Part shown: one piece after another, positions 50,806-64,000 of the stretch | Numbering within the stretch: position 1 is the stretch's first letter | How the letters are laid out: each line of letters starts with the position of its first letter | DNA from: Eledone cirrhosa | Lineage: Eukaryota | Direction: 5' to 3' | NCBI GenBank assembly: GCA_964016885.1 | Contig: OZ024747.1 | Location: forward strand, 56,110,001 to 56,174,000 | Length of the DNA stretch: 64,000 nucleotides | Position numbers and translations under genes: made by a program | Notes under the pieces: model-generated | The model's database searches: none | What the model saw: only the letters and a program-made list of their open reading frames with translations | What the model was told of the DNA's origin: nothing

Positions 50806-52899
50806 TATACATATATAAATATACATACATACAAATATTTGTACATGTGTACATGTATATATGTGTGAATATTTGAATTGATAGATGGGATACAATGAGA
50901 TAGATGGAATGAGAGAGAGAGAGAGAGAGAGGGGGTGGTGAGAGTGCTTGACTGTGGACAATGAAAGTGAAAATAAGAAGATTTTTAAGAGGAAGCGATA
51001 GTGTGTATTCAGAAATGATAGAAAAAGTGTCAATTTCATCAAGATAAATGACATTTTCTTATCCAAAGAAATAAATCATTTAGATATGTATCAAATCAGT
51101 GAATTTCACAGATTTCCCCCGCCCCCACATTCTTTAGTAGAATATTTTACCATTATATTTTTACCCAAAATTCTTTCTGGTTTCAACTTGTCCAATATGG
51201 ATTTATTTGCAATGATTATTTGGTGCAGTGATTTTCTTTCGAGAGATTTAAACATGGGTGTTGTATTTTTTTCACCAATTTCTTCATTTCTTCTTAGCAT
51301 ATAAACCTGTTTTTTTTTCTTCATTTTGTGGGATGGGTTGTTTCATGATAATATTTTTTAAGAATTTTGTATCTTCTCTGTTAGAAACATTATTATTATT
51401 AATATTACTATTATTATCATTCACCCCCACCCCACCCCACCCCGGTAGATATTTTACTATCCCTAACAACTCAACTGTGAACTAGAAGTGAATTTTCTTC
51501 TTTATCAGAAATTTCATTTTTGCTTTTTCATCAAACAGAATATTTGAAGCAAGTAGCTTCAAGATATGTGTGTGTCTTGTTTACATACAAGTAGGACTGG
51601 AGTAATCAGGTGTTGAACGTGTGACCTCGTGTCCAGTCCTTGATGGATAATACAAGTTAAGGGCTGAAACACTCACATGAAAGGGGTTTCTTCTCTGGAG
51701 ACCTTCTGCTGTCCAACTCTCCAGAGAGTTTCTTACCACTATCGACAACATTAATGCCCTTATCCATTTTATGAATACATTTCTAAAGACAAATTGTAGT
51801 TCAATTAATTAATTAATAATTTGGTAGGATTTACTAAAGTTATTATTTCTATATGAAGATATTATTTATGCCATAACTTCACAAAAGCTTCTCATATCAA
51901 ATTAAGTTGAAAGGTTTTAATTTAGAGAAGAAATAAAAATAAAAATGTGACTTTAATTCATAGAACCAGAGATGTTTTTGCTGGTTTAGTATCAAAAGGG
52001 TTGAGAAAACATGAGCTTAACCAACATCTTATGCAAAACACTTATAACTCTTAACATCCTTCAATGATTTCACAGGAAATATCTAAAAGCTGTTTCAAAT
52101 GCTTATAGTATCTTTACTAATAGAAATATTGTTGTGAATATTTTCAGTATTAGAAAGAGTTTTTAATGATTGTGTTGTAATCATAGTACTATTTTTTTTT
52201 TAAGAATATCTTACTAATGTACAGGATATTAAGAATTAGTTCAATAGTACCACTCACTTGGTACACGTTCTGTACATTGTCTTAACAAGTGAAGTTGCAA
52301 AGTTGTTAATTTTCTAGGCAACATAAAACAGCGTCTCTCAGATGCTTCATAGCCTTGCTGAACCTTTTGAAATTGTACATTTGTTTAAACTGAACCAATT
52401 TTATGATGAAAGAATTATTGTAGCCAATCAAAAGATATACAAAACCTTTTTATAATCACTTTCATTTATAACTAAACACTGTAATACATAACACAACTTA
52501 CACAGTGCATACAAAAGCACAATCATCATCTCTCTAAATAACTACAGTCATAGTACATATTTAACATAACCGATAGAAAAAATATATTGTCTATTTGATC
52601 ACCCAACACATTACAGAATGTACTGGGTGCATTTATCAAAGCACCAACACTACAGAGGTTGCCTTACCCTCTGCAATATGGATTCTTAACATAAACAAAG
52701 GCAGGAAAGATCAGTAGTGGAGATGGGCAGGTAGTCCCTTATGTATGGGAATTTACCAGCTTTGCATATCTGGGCAAAAGGCCTCAAATTTGGAGAAATG
52801 GGTACAGATGATTATTGTTAAGATACTATGAACAGACCATACTAATAATATTTTCTGTTATTACAACCCCTTATATTCTTAGTTCATTATCAATATGCT

Positions 52900-54315
52900 A
52901 AGGGCAGTGAATTGGCAGTATCGGTAGAGGGTCGGACGCCATTCTTTGCAGCATAGTTACGTCCCTTTACGGACTGAGTTCAAATCCCGCCGAGGTTAAC
53001 TTTGCCTTTCATCCTTACGGGGTCGATAAAATAAAGTACCAGTAATGCACTGGGTAATTGCTGGCCTTGTGCCTAAAGTAGAAACAATTATCAATATGCT
53101 TCGCAATATAGAGTTGCGGCCCTTTATGTCGTGAGTTTAAATCCCACCAAGTTTAGCTTTGCCTTTCATCCTTACGGAGTCAATAAAATAAAGCACTAGT
53201 AACGAACTGTGCTTGATTTAATTGACTTTCCCCTCCTCCAAAATTGCTGGCCTTGTACATTAATCAGAAACCGTTATTTTACTTTTTGTGTTAAAATCCT
53301 GTCAAAGTTGACTTTCACATTTATCTATCCGGAGTCGATAAAATAATAGAGTAACTTCCTAATACTGGGATTAATATAAGGGTTATACACTTCCTTTAAC
53401 TTTAAGGTCTTGTGTTTAAATTAGATATAATTATTGAAGGTAGTGTGTTGGTAGAATCATTAAGGAATCAGAAAAGCTACCTTGCAGTCTTTAGTCATCA
53501 TTCCTTACATTCTGAGTTCAAATCCAACCTAAGTCAACTTTATCTTTCATTATTCTGGGATCAATAACATACAATACCAATCTAGTACTGGGTTACATAA
53601 TCAAATGTTTTCCCTCCCTTCCCCAAAGGTTGCTGGCCTTGTGCCAATATTAGAAAACACTTTTGGATAGGCAGATTCATTAGAATAACAGATCAAATAC
53701 ATTGTGGCATTTATTCTCACTCTTTATGTTCTGAGTTCAAATTCTGATGAGGTCAAATTTGCTTTTATTTTCCAAAAGGTTATTTTCCAAAATACTGGGA
53801 ACAATTTAATCGACATAATCCTCTCCATAAAATTGCTGGTCTTGGGCTTAAATTTGAAACTTATAATATTATTATTTTTATTGTTTTTATCATTATTGTT
53901 TTTGGTGTTCTCGTTGTTGTATTGCTTTGCAGCATATAGTTATGGCCCTTTACATTCTGAGTTCAAATCCCGCCAAGATGAGCTTCCCCTTTTATCCTTC
54001 CAGGGTCGCTAAATAAAGCACCAGTAACTCACTGGGGTCGATTTAATTGACTTTTCCCTACTAAAATTGTTTGCCTTGAGCCTAAAGTAGAAACAATTAT
54101 TAATAGTATTATTGGCAGTATTGGTAGAGGGTTGGACACCATGCTTTGCAGCAAAGAGTTACGGCCCTTTACGGTCTAAGCTCAAATCCCGCCGAGGTTA
54201 ACTTTGCCTTTCATCCTTACGGGGTCGATAAAATAAAGTACCAGTAATGCACTGGGGTAATTGCTGGCCTTGTGCCAAAAGTAGAAACAATTGTATTATT
54301 ATTATTATTATTATT
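52900..54315 (+). mobile_element. Head-to-tail array of about 7 SINE family B copies of mixed age
   Basis: Units begin near 52900, 53095, 53290, 53437, 53670, 53920 and 54110. First has TSD ATTATCAATATGCT; first and last are near consensus, the middle ones decayed. Confidence 0.88.
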
Positions 54316-54657
54316 CATACAATAAATAGAAATGTAGCATATGAAAACATAAAATACAACAACAACAACAACAACAATGACATAAGAGGTGCAGATAAAA
54401 AAGTGTGTTAATATCAGCCCAAGAGTCCAGTTATCGTATTATTAATTATATGTAATAAGCTTGTCGTTATTAATATTGAAAACTACCTTGGAAGCAATGT
54501 AGGGGATATATATCTTCCAATCTTTCAAGAACCCATTGCATATATCTGTCTGAAAGTATATATATTATATAAATGTATGTGTGTGCTTGTGTATTCATGT
54601 GTATATATAAATATATATTTACACACATATTTATTTGTGTATATATATATATAAATA

Positions 54658-54705
<48 letters not shown>

Positions 54706-54768
54706 CGAATATGTCTGTGTGTGTATATATATATATGTATATGTGGGTGTGTATATATATATATACGA

Positions 54769-54805
<37 letters not shown>

Positions 54806-56040
54806 TATATATATATGTATATATGTGTGTGTATGTGTATATATATACTTATATATTTATGCATATTTGCATATATTTGTGTATATATATTTATATATAT
54901 ATATATATATGGGTGGGTGTGTATCAGAGTGGGTGGGTGTGTATATATGAAAAAAATATATTTTGCAGCATATATACATATGTACACACAAACATACAAG
55001 CATATACACACTTTCCATTGCTATATTCCATTTCTTTTGGATTTGCTTGCCCACTGGAAGAATTATGGTTCCATTCTGCCGTGGACAAGTGATTTGCTCC
55101 TAAAATGGTTGCAAGGATGATTCTTAGAAATTCTCAAGACAGCTGCCTGCTTGGCATCAAAAGCTTGCCTAGATAAACAGAATAACGAAGGCCATTTAAT
55201 TTCCTCTATCGGAATAAAGGGTTGCTAGCAAAGCACTATTCCAACCAAATTCTTTCATTATATCTAACCTGTATTGCAGGAATTTATTGTAATAAGAAAT
55301 ACCAAGAAAATATAATATAATATTATAAATATATATATATATAAATATATACAAATATATATATATATAATATAATATATATATACATATATACACATAC
55401 ATACAGACACACATATATATATATATATATACACACATATATATGTATGCATATTTATATATATAGAGAGAGAGGTAGATATATATATAAATATAAGAAA
55501 CAGAATTCACAACAAAAAATATATACAAAAAACAAAGACATCAGCTGCAAGAACAACAATAATGATTGATGATGATGATGATGATAACAACTCTAATATT
55601 AACAAGAAAAATAATAATGAAAATGATATAAATATTAACAAGAACATCACCATCAACAACAATAACAATAAAACCAACATTAACAACAGGAAAGGTGGAA
55701 AATTTCTGACGGTAAAATTTTGCTGCATAAATATTAATAATGATGAAGTTGATGATGATGATTATGAGGAGGGTGGTGTTAATAATAATAATATTACTAT
55801 TATTAATAATAATAATGTGTTAATAGGGAAAAGCCAAAAATTTAGAATTGCTTGTTTGGTCACGAGAGAGTGAAAAATATGAGAGGAGTTCTAGTTCTCT
55901 TCTAACTAATCTACTCTCACTATCACCCCTCTGCTTTCCCACCTACTCTCTTACAGTATTCACAATCTATATATATACATACATACATGCATATATATGT
56001 GTGTGTATACATGTATCTATGCATATATGTATATATATAT

Positions 56041-56230
56041 AACTGTTTCTATTTTAGGCACAAGGCCAGCAATTACCCAGTACATTACTGGTACTTTATT
56101 TTATCGACCCCGTAAGGATGAAAGGCAAAGTTAACCTCGGCGGGATTTGAACTCAGATCATAAAGGGACGTAACTCTATGCTTCAAAGCATGGTGTCCGA
56201 CTCTCTACCGATACTGCCAATCCACCACCA
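56041..56230 (-). mobile_element. Young SINE family B copy
   Basis: Near-identical to 10012-10194 and 43633-43818. Confidence 0.9.
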
Positions 56231-56324
56231 ACTAATTCATTGCCGTTATATATAAATATATATATAACGTGTTTTATATATATATATATGTGTGTGTGTA
56301 TGTGTATGCTTGTACACACACATA

Positions 56325-56359
<35 letters not shown>

Positions 56360-56360
56360 A

Positions 56361-56427
<67 letters not shown>

Positions 56428-56472
56428 ATATGTACATGTGTATATATATGTGTGTGTGTATGTGTGTGTGTA

Positions 56473-56513
<41 letters not shown>

Positions 56514-56964
56514 ATGTATGAATATATGTATGTGTATATGTGAGTATATATGTGTATGTGTGTGTAGGTGTACGCTCTTTATATATATATATATATATGT
56601 GTATATGTATATGTGTATGCATGCATTTATATATATGTGTATATATGTATGCGTGTGTAAGTATGCTTTTGGGTTTTTTTGTGTGTGTTTGCATGTGTAG
56701 TTTTATTTTATTTTTCCTTTCCTTCTCCCTTTTCCAGCCTCACTTTCATATAGATTGCATTTTTGTTTTTAGAATCCATATTCAATAAACAAACCAGGAT
56801 TTTTCATTCTGAGGATTGAAAGCAAAACCTTTTGCTTTTAAGAAACCACTGGTAAATGGAATAATTGCCTTATGTTGTTTATTACATAATAATAATAATT
56901 AAGCTCTGTTGCATACATAGAGCACTCTTTTTTCCTGGACTTTTCCGATGGAATTACTTCATTT

Positions 56965-57019
<55 letters not shown>

Positions 57020-57317
57020 TAATTCATCGCCGTTCGTTATATATATATATATATATACACACACTTACACCTCACCAAGACAATGTCACTGGACCGAGAC
57101 CTTTGGCGGTACTCAGTAATAGAGAAGACCCGCCTTACCTAAATACAAAGTAAAACCTACTACAGTCAGTAGGCATCTCTAACAAAATACACCTCCATCC
57201 CACCACCACCACCCCATCCACACTGCCCCTTTCAATGTAAAGTTATGTTGGTGCCACAACATCCAGGCCGAAACAAATGAGATCGTGTAGGTGTTACGTA
57301 CAAAAACACACAGTTCA

Positions 57318-57863
57318 CGCTGTAATGTGGCCGTGTAGGCAACACGGTAAAAACTTCCCAGCCCCACACTGTAAATGTGGTTGGTGTTAGGAAGGGCATC
57401 CAGCTGTAGAAAACCCGCCAGACAGTCCACGCTGTAATGTGGCCGTGTAGGCAACACGGTAAAAACCTCCCAGCCCCACACTGTAAATGTGGTTGGTATT
57501 AGGAAGGGCATCCAGCTGTAGAAAACCCGCCAGACAGTCCACGCTGTAATGTGGCCGTGTAGGAAACACAGTAAAAACCTCCCAGCCCCACACTGTAAAT
57601 GTGGTTGGTGTTAGGAAGGGCATACAGCTGTAGAAAACCCGCCAGACAGTCCACGCTGTAATGTGGCCGTGTAGGCAACACGGTAAAAACCTCCCAGCCC
57701 CACACTGTAAATGTGGTTGGTGTTAGGAAGGGCATCCAGCTGTAGAAAACCCGCCAGATAGTCCTATGCGAGCAAGACAACCACTCTTGCCTCAAGTGGG
57801 AAAACCCCCGTCCAAACCCATGCAAGTGTGGAACACGGACGTTAAACGTTGATGATGATGATG

Positions 57864-57865
<2 letters not shown>
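57318..57865 (+). repeat. 121-bp tandem repeat (about 3.6 units) inside a LINE-B-type 3' UTR copy
   Basis: CACGCTGTAATGTGGCCGTGTAGG..GTTGGTGTTAGGAAGGGCATCCAGCTGTAGAAAACCCGCCAGA repeated, then the normal terminus AACCCATGCAAGTGTGGAACACGGACGTTAAACG+(GAT)n. Confidence 0.92.
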
Positions 57866-57899
<34 letters not shown>

Positions 57900-58087
57900 G
57901 GGAGAGAGAAAGAAAAAAGTGAAGCTGAAGGGAGAGTGGATAGATGAAAACATTTGAGAAAGATAGGAAGAAGAAGAAGGAATGGATGTGAAAGTGATGA
58001 AGATGATTTGTCGATGGTGATGTAAATGGAGAGGTTGTGTCAATAGGGGAAGAATATGTAATGACATGAAATGACACATAGAAACAT

Positions 58088-59010
58088 ATGATGATGATGA
58101 TGATGATAGTTATGAGAGCTATGACTTGGGTGGTGATGGGGTTAGCAGTGATGATGTTGATGGTGGTGGTGGTGGTGGTGGTGATGATGGTGATGGTGGG
58201 GGTGATAATGTTGATGATGATGATGATGATGATGATATTAATGAGAGCTATGACTTGGGTGGTGATGGGGTTAGCAGTGATGATGTTGATGGTGGTGGTG
58301 GTGGTGGTGGTGGTGATGATGGTGATGGTGGGGGTGATAATGTTGATGATGATGATGATGATATTAATGAGAGCTATGACTTGGGTGGTGATGGGGTTAG
58401 CAGTGATGATGTTGATGGTGGTGGTGGTGGTGGTGATGATGGTGATGGTGGGGGTGATAATGTTGATGATGATGATGATGATATTAATGAGAGCTATGAC
58501 TTGGGTGGTGATGGGGTTAGCAGTGATGATGTTGATGGTGGTGGTGGTGGTGATGGTGGTGGTGGGGGTGATAATGTTGATGATGATGATATGATATTAA
58601 TGAGAGCTATGACTTGGGTGGTGATGGAGTTAGCAGTGATGATGTTGATGGTGGTGGTGGTGGTGATGGTGGTGGTGGGGGTGATAATGTTGATGATGAT
58701 GATATGATATTAATGAGAGCTATGACTTGGGTGGTGATGGGGTTAGCAGTGATGATGTTGGTGGTGGTGGTGGTGGTGGTGGTGGTGATGTTGATGGTGA
58801 TGATGATGATGATGATGATAATAGTAATCAGAGGTATGACTGGGGTGGCAACGGGGTTAGCAATGATGATGGTGGTGGCGGTGGTGGTGGTGATGGTGTG
58901 GGTGATAATGTTGATGATGATGATGATGATAGTAATGAAAACAATGACAGGGTGGTGATGGGGTTAGCAATGTTGTGGTGGTGGTGATAATGTTGATGGT
59001 AATGATGAGG
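58088..59010. repeat. Higher-order repeat of about 113-129 bp built from (GAT)n/(GGT)n
   Basis: Marker ATGAGAGCTATGACTTGGGTGGTGATGG.GTTAGCAG recurs 6 times (58112-58750), plus 2 decayed units. Confidence 0.93.
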
Positions 59011-59145
59011 ATAGTGATAGTGATGGTGGTGGAGATGTTGTAGATGATGAGTGTGGGGAAGATGACGTGTATAACAATGACAAGGATCCTAATTAGTATG
59101 ATGATGATGATGATGATGATGATAATCACAACAATTATGTATCGT

Positions 59146-59177
<32 letters not shown>

Positions 59178-59428
59178 TCTAACACACCTAATTTCTTCAG
59201 AAACCTTCTTTCAAGCCATCTTATGGACTTTGATGTGTTCAAATCTCTGATAATACATGGATAAGTCAAACTGTTAATAGAAATATTTTCTATTATATGT
59301 TGATTCCTATTTCATTTATTCATATCCAGACCTGTATGTTTGGTGACATGACAAAAGGCATCCAGCCAACACTATAAAGTAGTAATTTAGGTGTCACAAT
59401 AAAAAGCACCCAGCCCACACTGTAAATG

Positions 59429-60268
59429 TGGTTGGTGTTAGGAAGAGCATCCAGCTGTAGAGATCAAGCCTGGTTGGTGTTAGGAAGAGCATCCAGCTGT
59501 AGAGACCAAGCCTGGTTGGTGTTAGGAAGAGTATCCAGCTGTAGAGATCAAGCCTGGTTGGTGTTAGGAAGAGCATCCAGCTGTAGAGATCAAGCCTGGT
59601 TGGTGTTAGGAAGAGCATCCAGCTGTAGAGATCAAGCCTGGTTGGTGTTAGGAAGAGTATCCAGCTGTAGAGATCAAGCCTGGTTGGTGTTAGGAAGAGC
59701 ATCCAGCTGTAGAGATCAAGCCTGGTTGGTGTTAGGAAGAGCATCCAGCTGTAGAAACCAAGCCTGGTTGGTGTTAGGAAGAGCATCCAGCTGTAGAGAT
59801 CAAGCCTGGTTGGTGTTAGGAAGAGCATCCAGCTGTAGAGATCAAGCCTGGTTGGTGTTAGGAAGAGCATCCAGCTGTAGAAACCAAGCCTGGTTGGTGT
59901 TAGGAAGAGCATCCAGCTGTAGAGATCAAGCCTGGTTGGTGTTAGGAAGAGCATCCAGCTGTAGAAACCAAGCCTGGTTGGTGTTAGGAAGAGCATCCAG
60001 CTGTAGAGACCAAGCCTGGTTGGTGTTAGGAAGAGTATCCAGCTGTAGAGACCAAGCTTGGCTGGTGTTAGGAAGAGCATCCAGCTGTAGAGATCAAGCC
60101 TGGTTGGTGTTAGGAAGAGTATCCAGCTGTAGAGACCAAGCTTGGCTGGTGTTAGGAAGAGCATCCAGCTGTAGAGATCAAGCCTGGTTGGTGTTAGGAA
60201 GAGCATCCAGCTGTAGAGATCAAGCCTGGTTGGTGTTAGGAAGAGTATCCAGTTGTAGAAACCAAGCC
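59429..60268 (+). repeat. 42-bp minisatellite (20 units) inside a LINE-B-type 3' UTR copy
   Basis: TGGTTGGTGTTAGGAAGAGCATCCAGCTGTAGAGATCAAGCC. Upstream AAAAAGCACCCAGCCCACACTGTAAATG and downstream AGAAACAGTTCTGTGTGAGCAAGACATGGTCA continue the element. Confidence 0.96.
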
Positions 60269-61399
60269 AGAAACAGTTCTGTGTGAGCAAGACATGGTCA
60301 CATGACCCAACTTGCCTCAATATATAAATATCAGCCTTAATATTTAATTAATATTACTTCTTTAACCATCTCTTAATTAATGCCAATTATTTGTTTAGGT
60401 TAATCTTCTCAAATATTGATATTAAATCTTTTCAACATTTGTCGATGGTGTAGCCAGACATATTGCTTAGGATTACTAAGCCATCATCTCTGTAAAATAT
60501 GGAAGATTTGATGTATTCTGAATGGTGTCATTTAAATCTACAATGTGTAGATCAGAAGAAATTAGTATTGCCTCAAAAAATTAACTGTTCTTGTAGAGTG
60601 TTACTACCTGCTGCCTTTTGAATGTAGACTAAAATGATTTAAACAAACATCATTTCAATACTTGACGTATATGATATACACATATATCCTATCTTATTTG
60701 ATCCTGAGCTATAAACCAGTACATATGTTTCCAGTTACTTTTAACATACATATAAAAGGAATTAATTCTACTTTTCAGTATGTATTGAGTACTCCATCAA
60801 AGATTCCTTACAACTCTAATTAAAATTATGACAGAAATATGAAAAATGGACATAAAAAATTCAAGTCAAGACACCTTGTGAAGATATATTGCAAATTTCT
60901 TACATTTTCTTAGAACAGATCAGGCACACACACACACACACACGCACACACACACACATATATATACACACACACACGCACACACACACATATATATATA
61001 TACACACACACATACATATACATAAAAACATTTATATACACACATGTACATATACATACACACATATATATATACACATAAATATATGTATTCACACACA
61101 TACACATATATGCACACACACATATTTGCACACACATACACATATATGCACACACACATATTTGCACACACATACACATATATATACACACACACACACA
61201 TACAAATATATACACACAAATACATATATATCTTTTCATGTGGCCTTCTCTGGAGAAATAATTCCAGTTTCTCTATTCTATTTCTCTTTACCATATTTTA
61301 TTCTATCAAAACAAACTCATCTTTTTCCACTTCCATCAAAATCCAAATCAAAACAAAATACTTTGTTCTCTTAATTATATCTTTCTATTGTAATGTTGT

Positions 61400-62345
61400 G
61401 TGTATGACTGTGTTACTAGGCATGTATGTGTGTATGTATGAATATATTTGTCTGTGTTAGTGTGTATGTATGTCTGTGTTTGATGTGTCAGTGTTAGTGT
61501 GTATGTATGTCTGTGTTTGTATGTATCTGTGTTAGTGTGTATGTATGTATGTATTTGTATGTGTCTGTATTAGTCTGTATGTATGTATGTATTTGTATGT
61601 GTCTGTATTAGTGTGTATGTATGTGTCTGTGTTTAGTGTGTATGTATGTATATGTGTGTGTATGTATATGTGTGTGTGTCTGTGTTAGTGTGTATGTATG
61701 TCTGTGTTTTTCTGTGTATGTATGTGTTTGTATGTGTCTGTGTTAGTGTGTATGTATATATGTGTCTGTGTTTAGTGTGTATGTATGTATATGTGTATGT
61801 GTCTAGTGTGTATGTATGTCTATGTTTGTATGTGTTAGTGTGTATGTATGTCTGTGTTTGTCTGTATCTGTGTTAGTGTGTATGTATGTGTGTATCTGTG
61901 TTAGTGTGTATGTATGTCTGTGTTTGTCTGTATCTGTTTTAGTGTGTATGTATGTCTGTGTCTGTGTTAGTGTGTATGTATGTATGTGTCTGTGTTTAGT
62001 GTGTATGTATGTCTGCATTTGTCTGTATCTTTGTTAGTGTGTATGTATGTATGTGTTTGTATGTGTCTAGTGTGTATGTATGTATATGTGTGTGTGTCTG
62101 TGTTTAGTGTGTATGTATGTATATGTGTGTGTGTCTGTGTTTAGTGTGTATGTATGTATATGTGTGTGTGTCTGTGTTTAGTGTATATGTATGTATATGT
62201 GTGTGTGTTTGTGTTTAGTGTGTATGTATATATATGTGTGTGTGTGTCTGTGTTTAGTGCGTATGTATATATATATGTGTGTGTGTGTCTGTGTTTAGTG
62301 CGCATGTATGTATATATGTGTGTGTGTGTGTCTGCGTTACTGTGT
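61400..62345. repeat. Degenerate GTGTTAGTGTGTATGTATGTCT repeat
   Basis: Recurring TTAGTGTGTATGTATG motif within TG-rich sequence. Confidence 0.9.
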
Positions 62346-62685
62346 TATATGTGTATGTATGTGGATGTGTCTGTTACTGTGTATGCCATCGTCATCATCA
62401 TTTTTTTAACGTCCATTCTCCACGCTAGCTTGGTTTTTATATGTATATATGTGAGTGTGTATATCTGAGTGTGTGTGTGTGTGCGTGCATGTGTGTGTAT
62501 GTATCCATTTGTTACTCTGTCTATGTATGAATGTATGTAATGTTAAAGGATCATGACAAGTGGAGATATGCAGGACTGAAAAAGACCCTTCCAACCTATG
62601 CAATCATGGAAAAGCGGACATAGAATGATGATGATGATAAGGATGTATACATTTAGCATCTGTATATATATATGTAGAAGATTTT

Positions 62686-62995
62686 GTGGTTAGAGTTTTG
62701 GGTTCACAATCGTAAGGTTGTGAGTTCAATTCCCGGCAGTGTTTTGCGTCCTTGAGCAAGACATTTTATTTCATATTCCTCCAGTCCACTCAGCTGGCAA
62801 AAATGAGTTGTAACTGTAATTCGAAAGGCCAGCCTTGTCACATTCTGTGTCATACTGAATCTTTCTCAGAAATACATTAAGAATACACGAGTGTGTGGAA
62901 TTCTCAGCCACTTGCACATTAACTTCACAAGCAGGCTGTTCCATTGATCAGACCAACTGGAACACTTATCTTCATAACCGCTGGAGTGTCAGTAA
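62686..62995 (+). mobile_element. tRNA-derived SINE family C (A-type head, third 3' half)
   Basis: GTGGTTAGAG..AATCGTAAGGTTGTGAGTTCAATTCC..CCTTGAGCAAGACATTTTATTTCA..CTCAGCTG, then a distinct tail also seen at 4860-4985. Confidence 0.82.
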
Positions 62996-64000
62996 AAAAT
63001 ATGTAGATATAAAATCAATATATAAAATATTTTGATTGCTATACTGTTCATATCATTAAGTACCTCACTAATTTTTATACATTTAACCTTTCATATGATC
63101 ATGTGATTTTTGTTTTATATTCAGACATTTTAGCAACTTAAAAGAAATCATCATTATTTTTATCTTTATTATATTTGAAATTTTTTGATGTTATTTTTTC
63201 TTTTTTTGTTAGTTTTTTTTCTTTTTATTCTGTAGGGAATTTGGAAGTTAACGAGTTCAATAAATCAATAATTAAGGTTTTCAGACATTTTTTTCTTTAT
63301 GGCCAATTTACCAAAATTCTTTGAATCTACAAATATTCTTCATGTTTTCAAAATTTGTCACTACTAATTGATATATAAATATAGATTATGCACACACACA
63401 CTCACACTCATACATATATATACATACACTGATGCACATAGATATATATATACACACATACAACATGCACATAAATATTCGACATATGTAAGTGTGAAAA
63501 AAGACTAATAACTGAAAACCATGATTAAATTTATTTACACTAAAAGTCTCCTATATTTGGAAATGTTTCATTTTTATTGACTTTTAGTCCTATTTGTTAT
63601 TTAAATGAACATATACTAAACATTATTTACATATGTGTGAGATATGTGGTTTTATGGTGAGTGTTTTCAGATTATGTTCATGAGGTTATGAGCTTGATTT
63701 CCAGTAGCACATTATGTTCTTGAGCAAGAGACTACAATAGTAAACCAGACATACTGTGAAAAATGAAGATACTACGAAACACTCATTTTCTCCCATATAC
63801 ACCAGGTCCAAACCCAAAATAATCAAATTCCCACTGTCACCACCTCTGTCTCTCCTGCTCTCCCTATCTCTCATTATTGTGAGCAAATGGGGACCCATAC
63901 GCTGGCTGCCCCACAGCGGACTGGCTGCTCTGCAATGCCAGCAGACAGCATAGAGAAGGCATTTCTCTAGAGGATGTGGGCTGGATGTTTTGTAGTACCA

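Noticed and set aside
58088-58987. Gly/Asp-rich ORFs resembling a biomineral protein
   Set aside because: Frame breaks between units (113-bp units) and pure triplet-repeat composition.
59394-60320. 308- and 286-aa repeat ORFs on opposite strands
   Set aside because: Translation of a 42-bp retroelement-derived minisatellite.

Overview
Eukaryotic, very AT-rich, non-coding DNA saturated with (TA)n, (CA)n, (GA)n and (CAT)n microsatellites. The repeat families match what I recall of octopus (coleoid cephalopod) genomes; this is inference, not a database result. I find no intact protein-coding gene, and almost every listed ORF is a microsatellite or minisatellite artefact. Contents: (1) decayed RTE-group LINE fragments, one with a clean twin-priming-type 5' inversion; (2) several tRNA-derived SINE families, one sharing its 3' end with a LINE in the same window, and one piled into head-to-tail arrays; (3) a TTAA-flanked piggyBac-like MITE and an 8-bp-TSD hAT-like MITE; (4) four tandem arrays whose unit can be traced to a transposon segment visible elsewhere in the window. 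The most striking signal is a set of short elements from several sequence families inserted into (TA)n tracts. They share a fold-back hairpin plus unpaired tail architecture and carry complete or partial hammerhead ribozyme motifs, often right at the fold-back point. This fits Penelope-like pseudo-LTR relics or non-autonomous ribozyme retroelements. One complete hammerhead (32554-32650) has an unusually long stem II. All structures were read by eye, and boundaries of decayed repeats are approximate.
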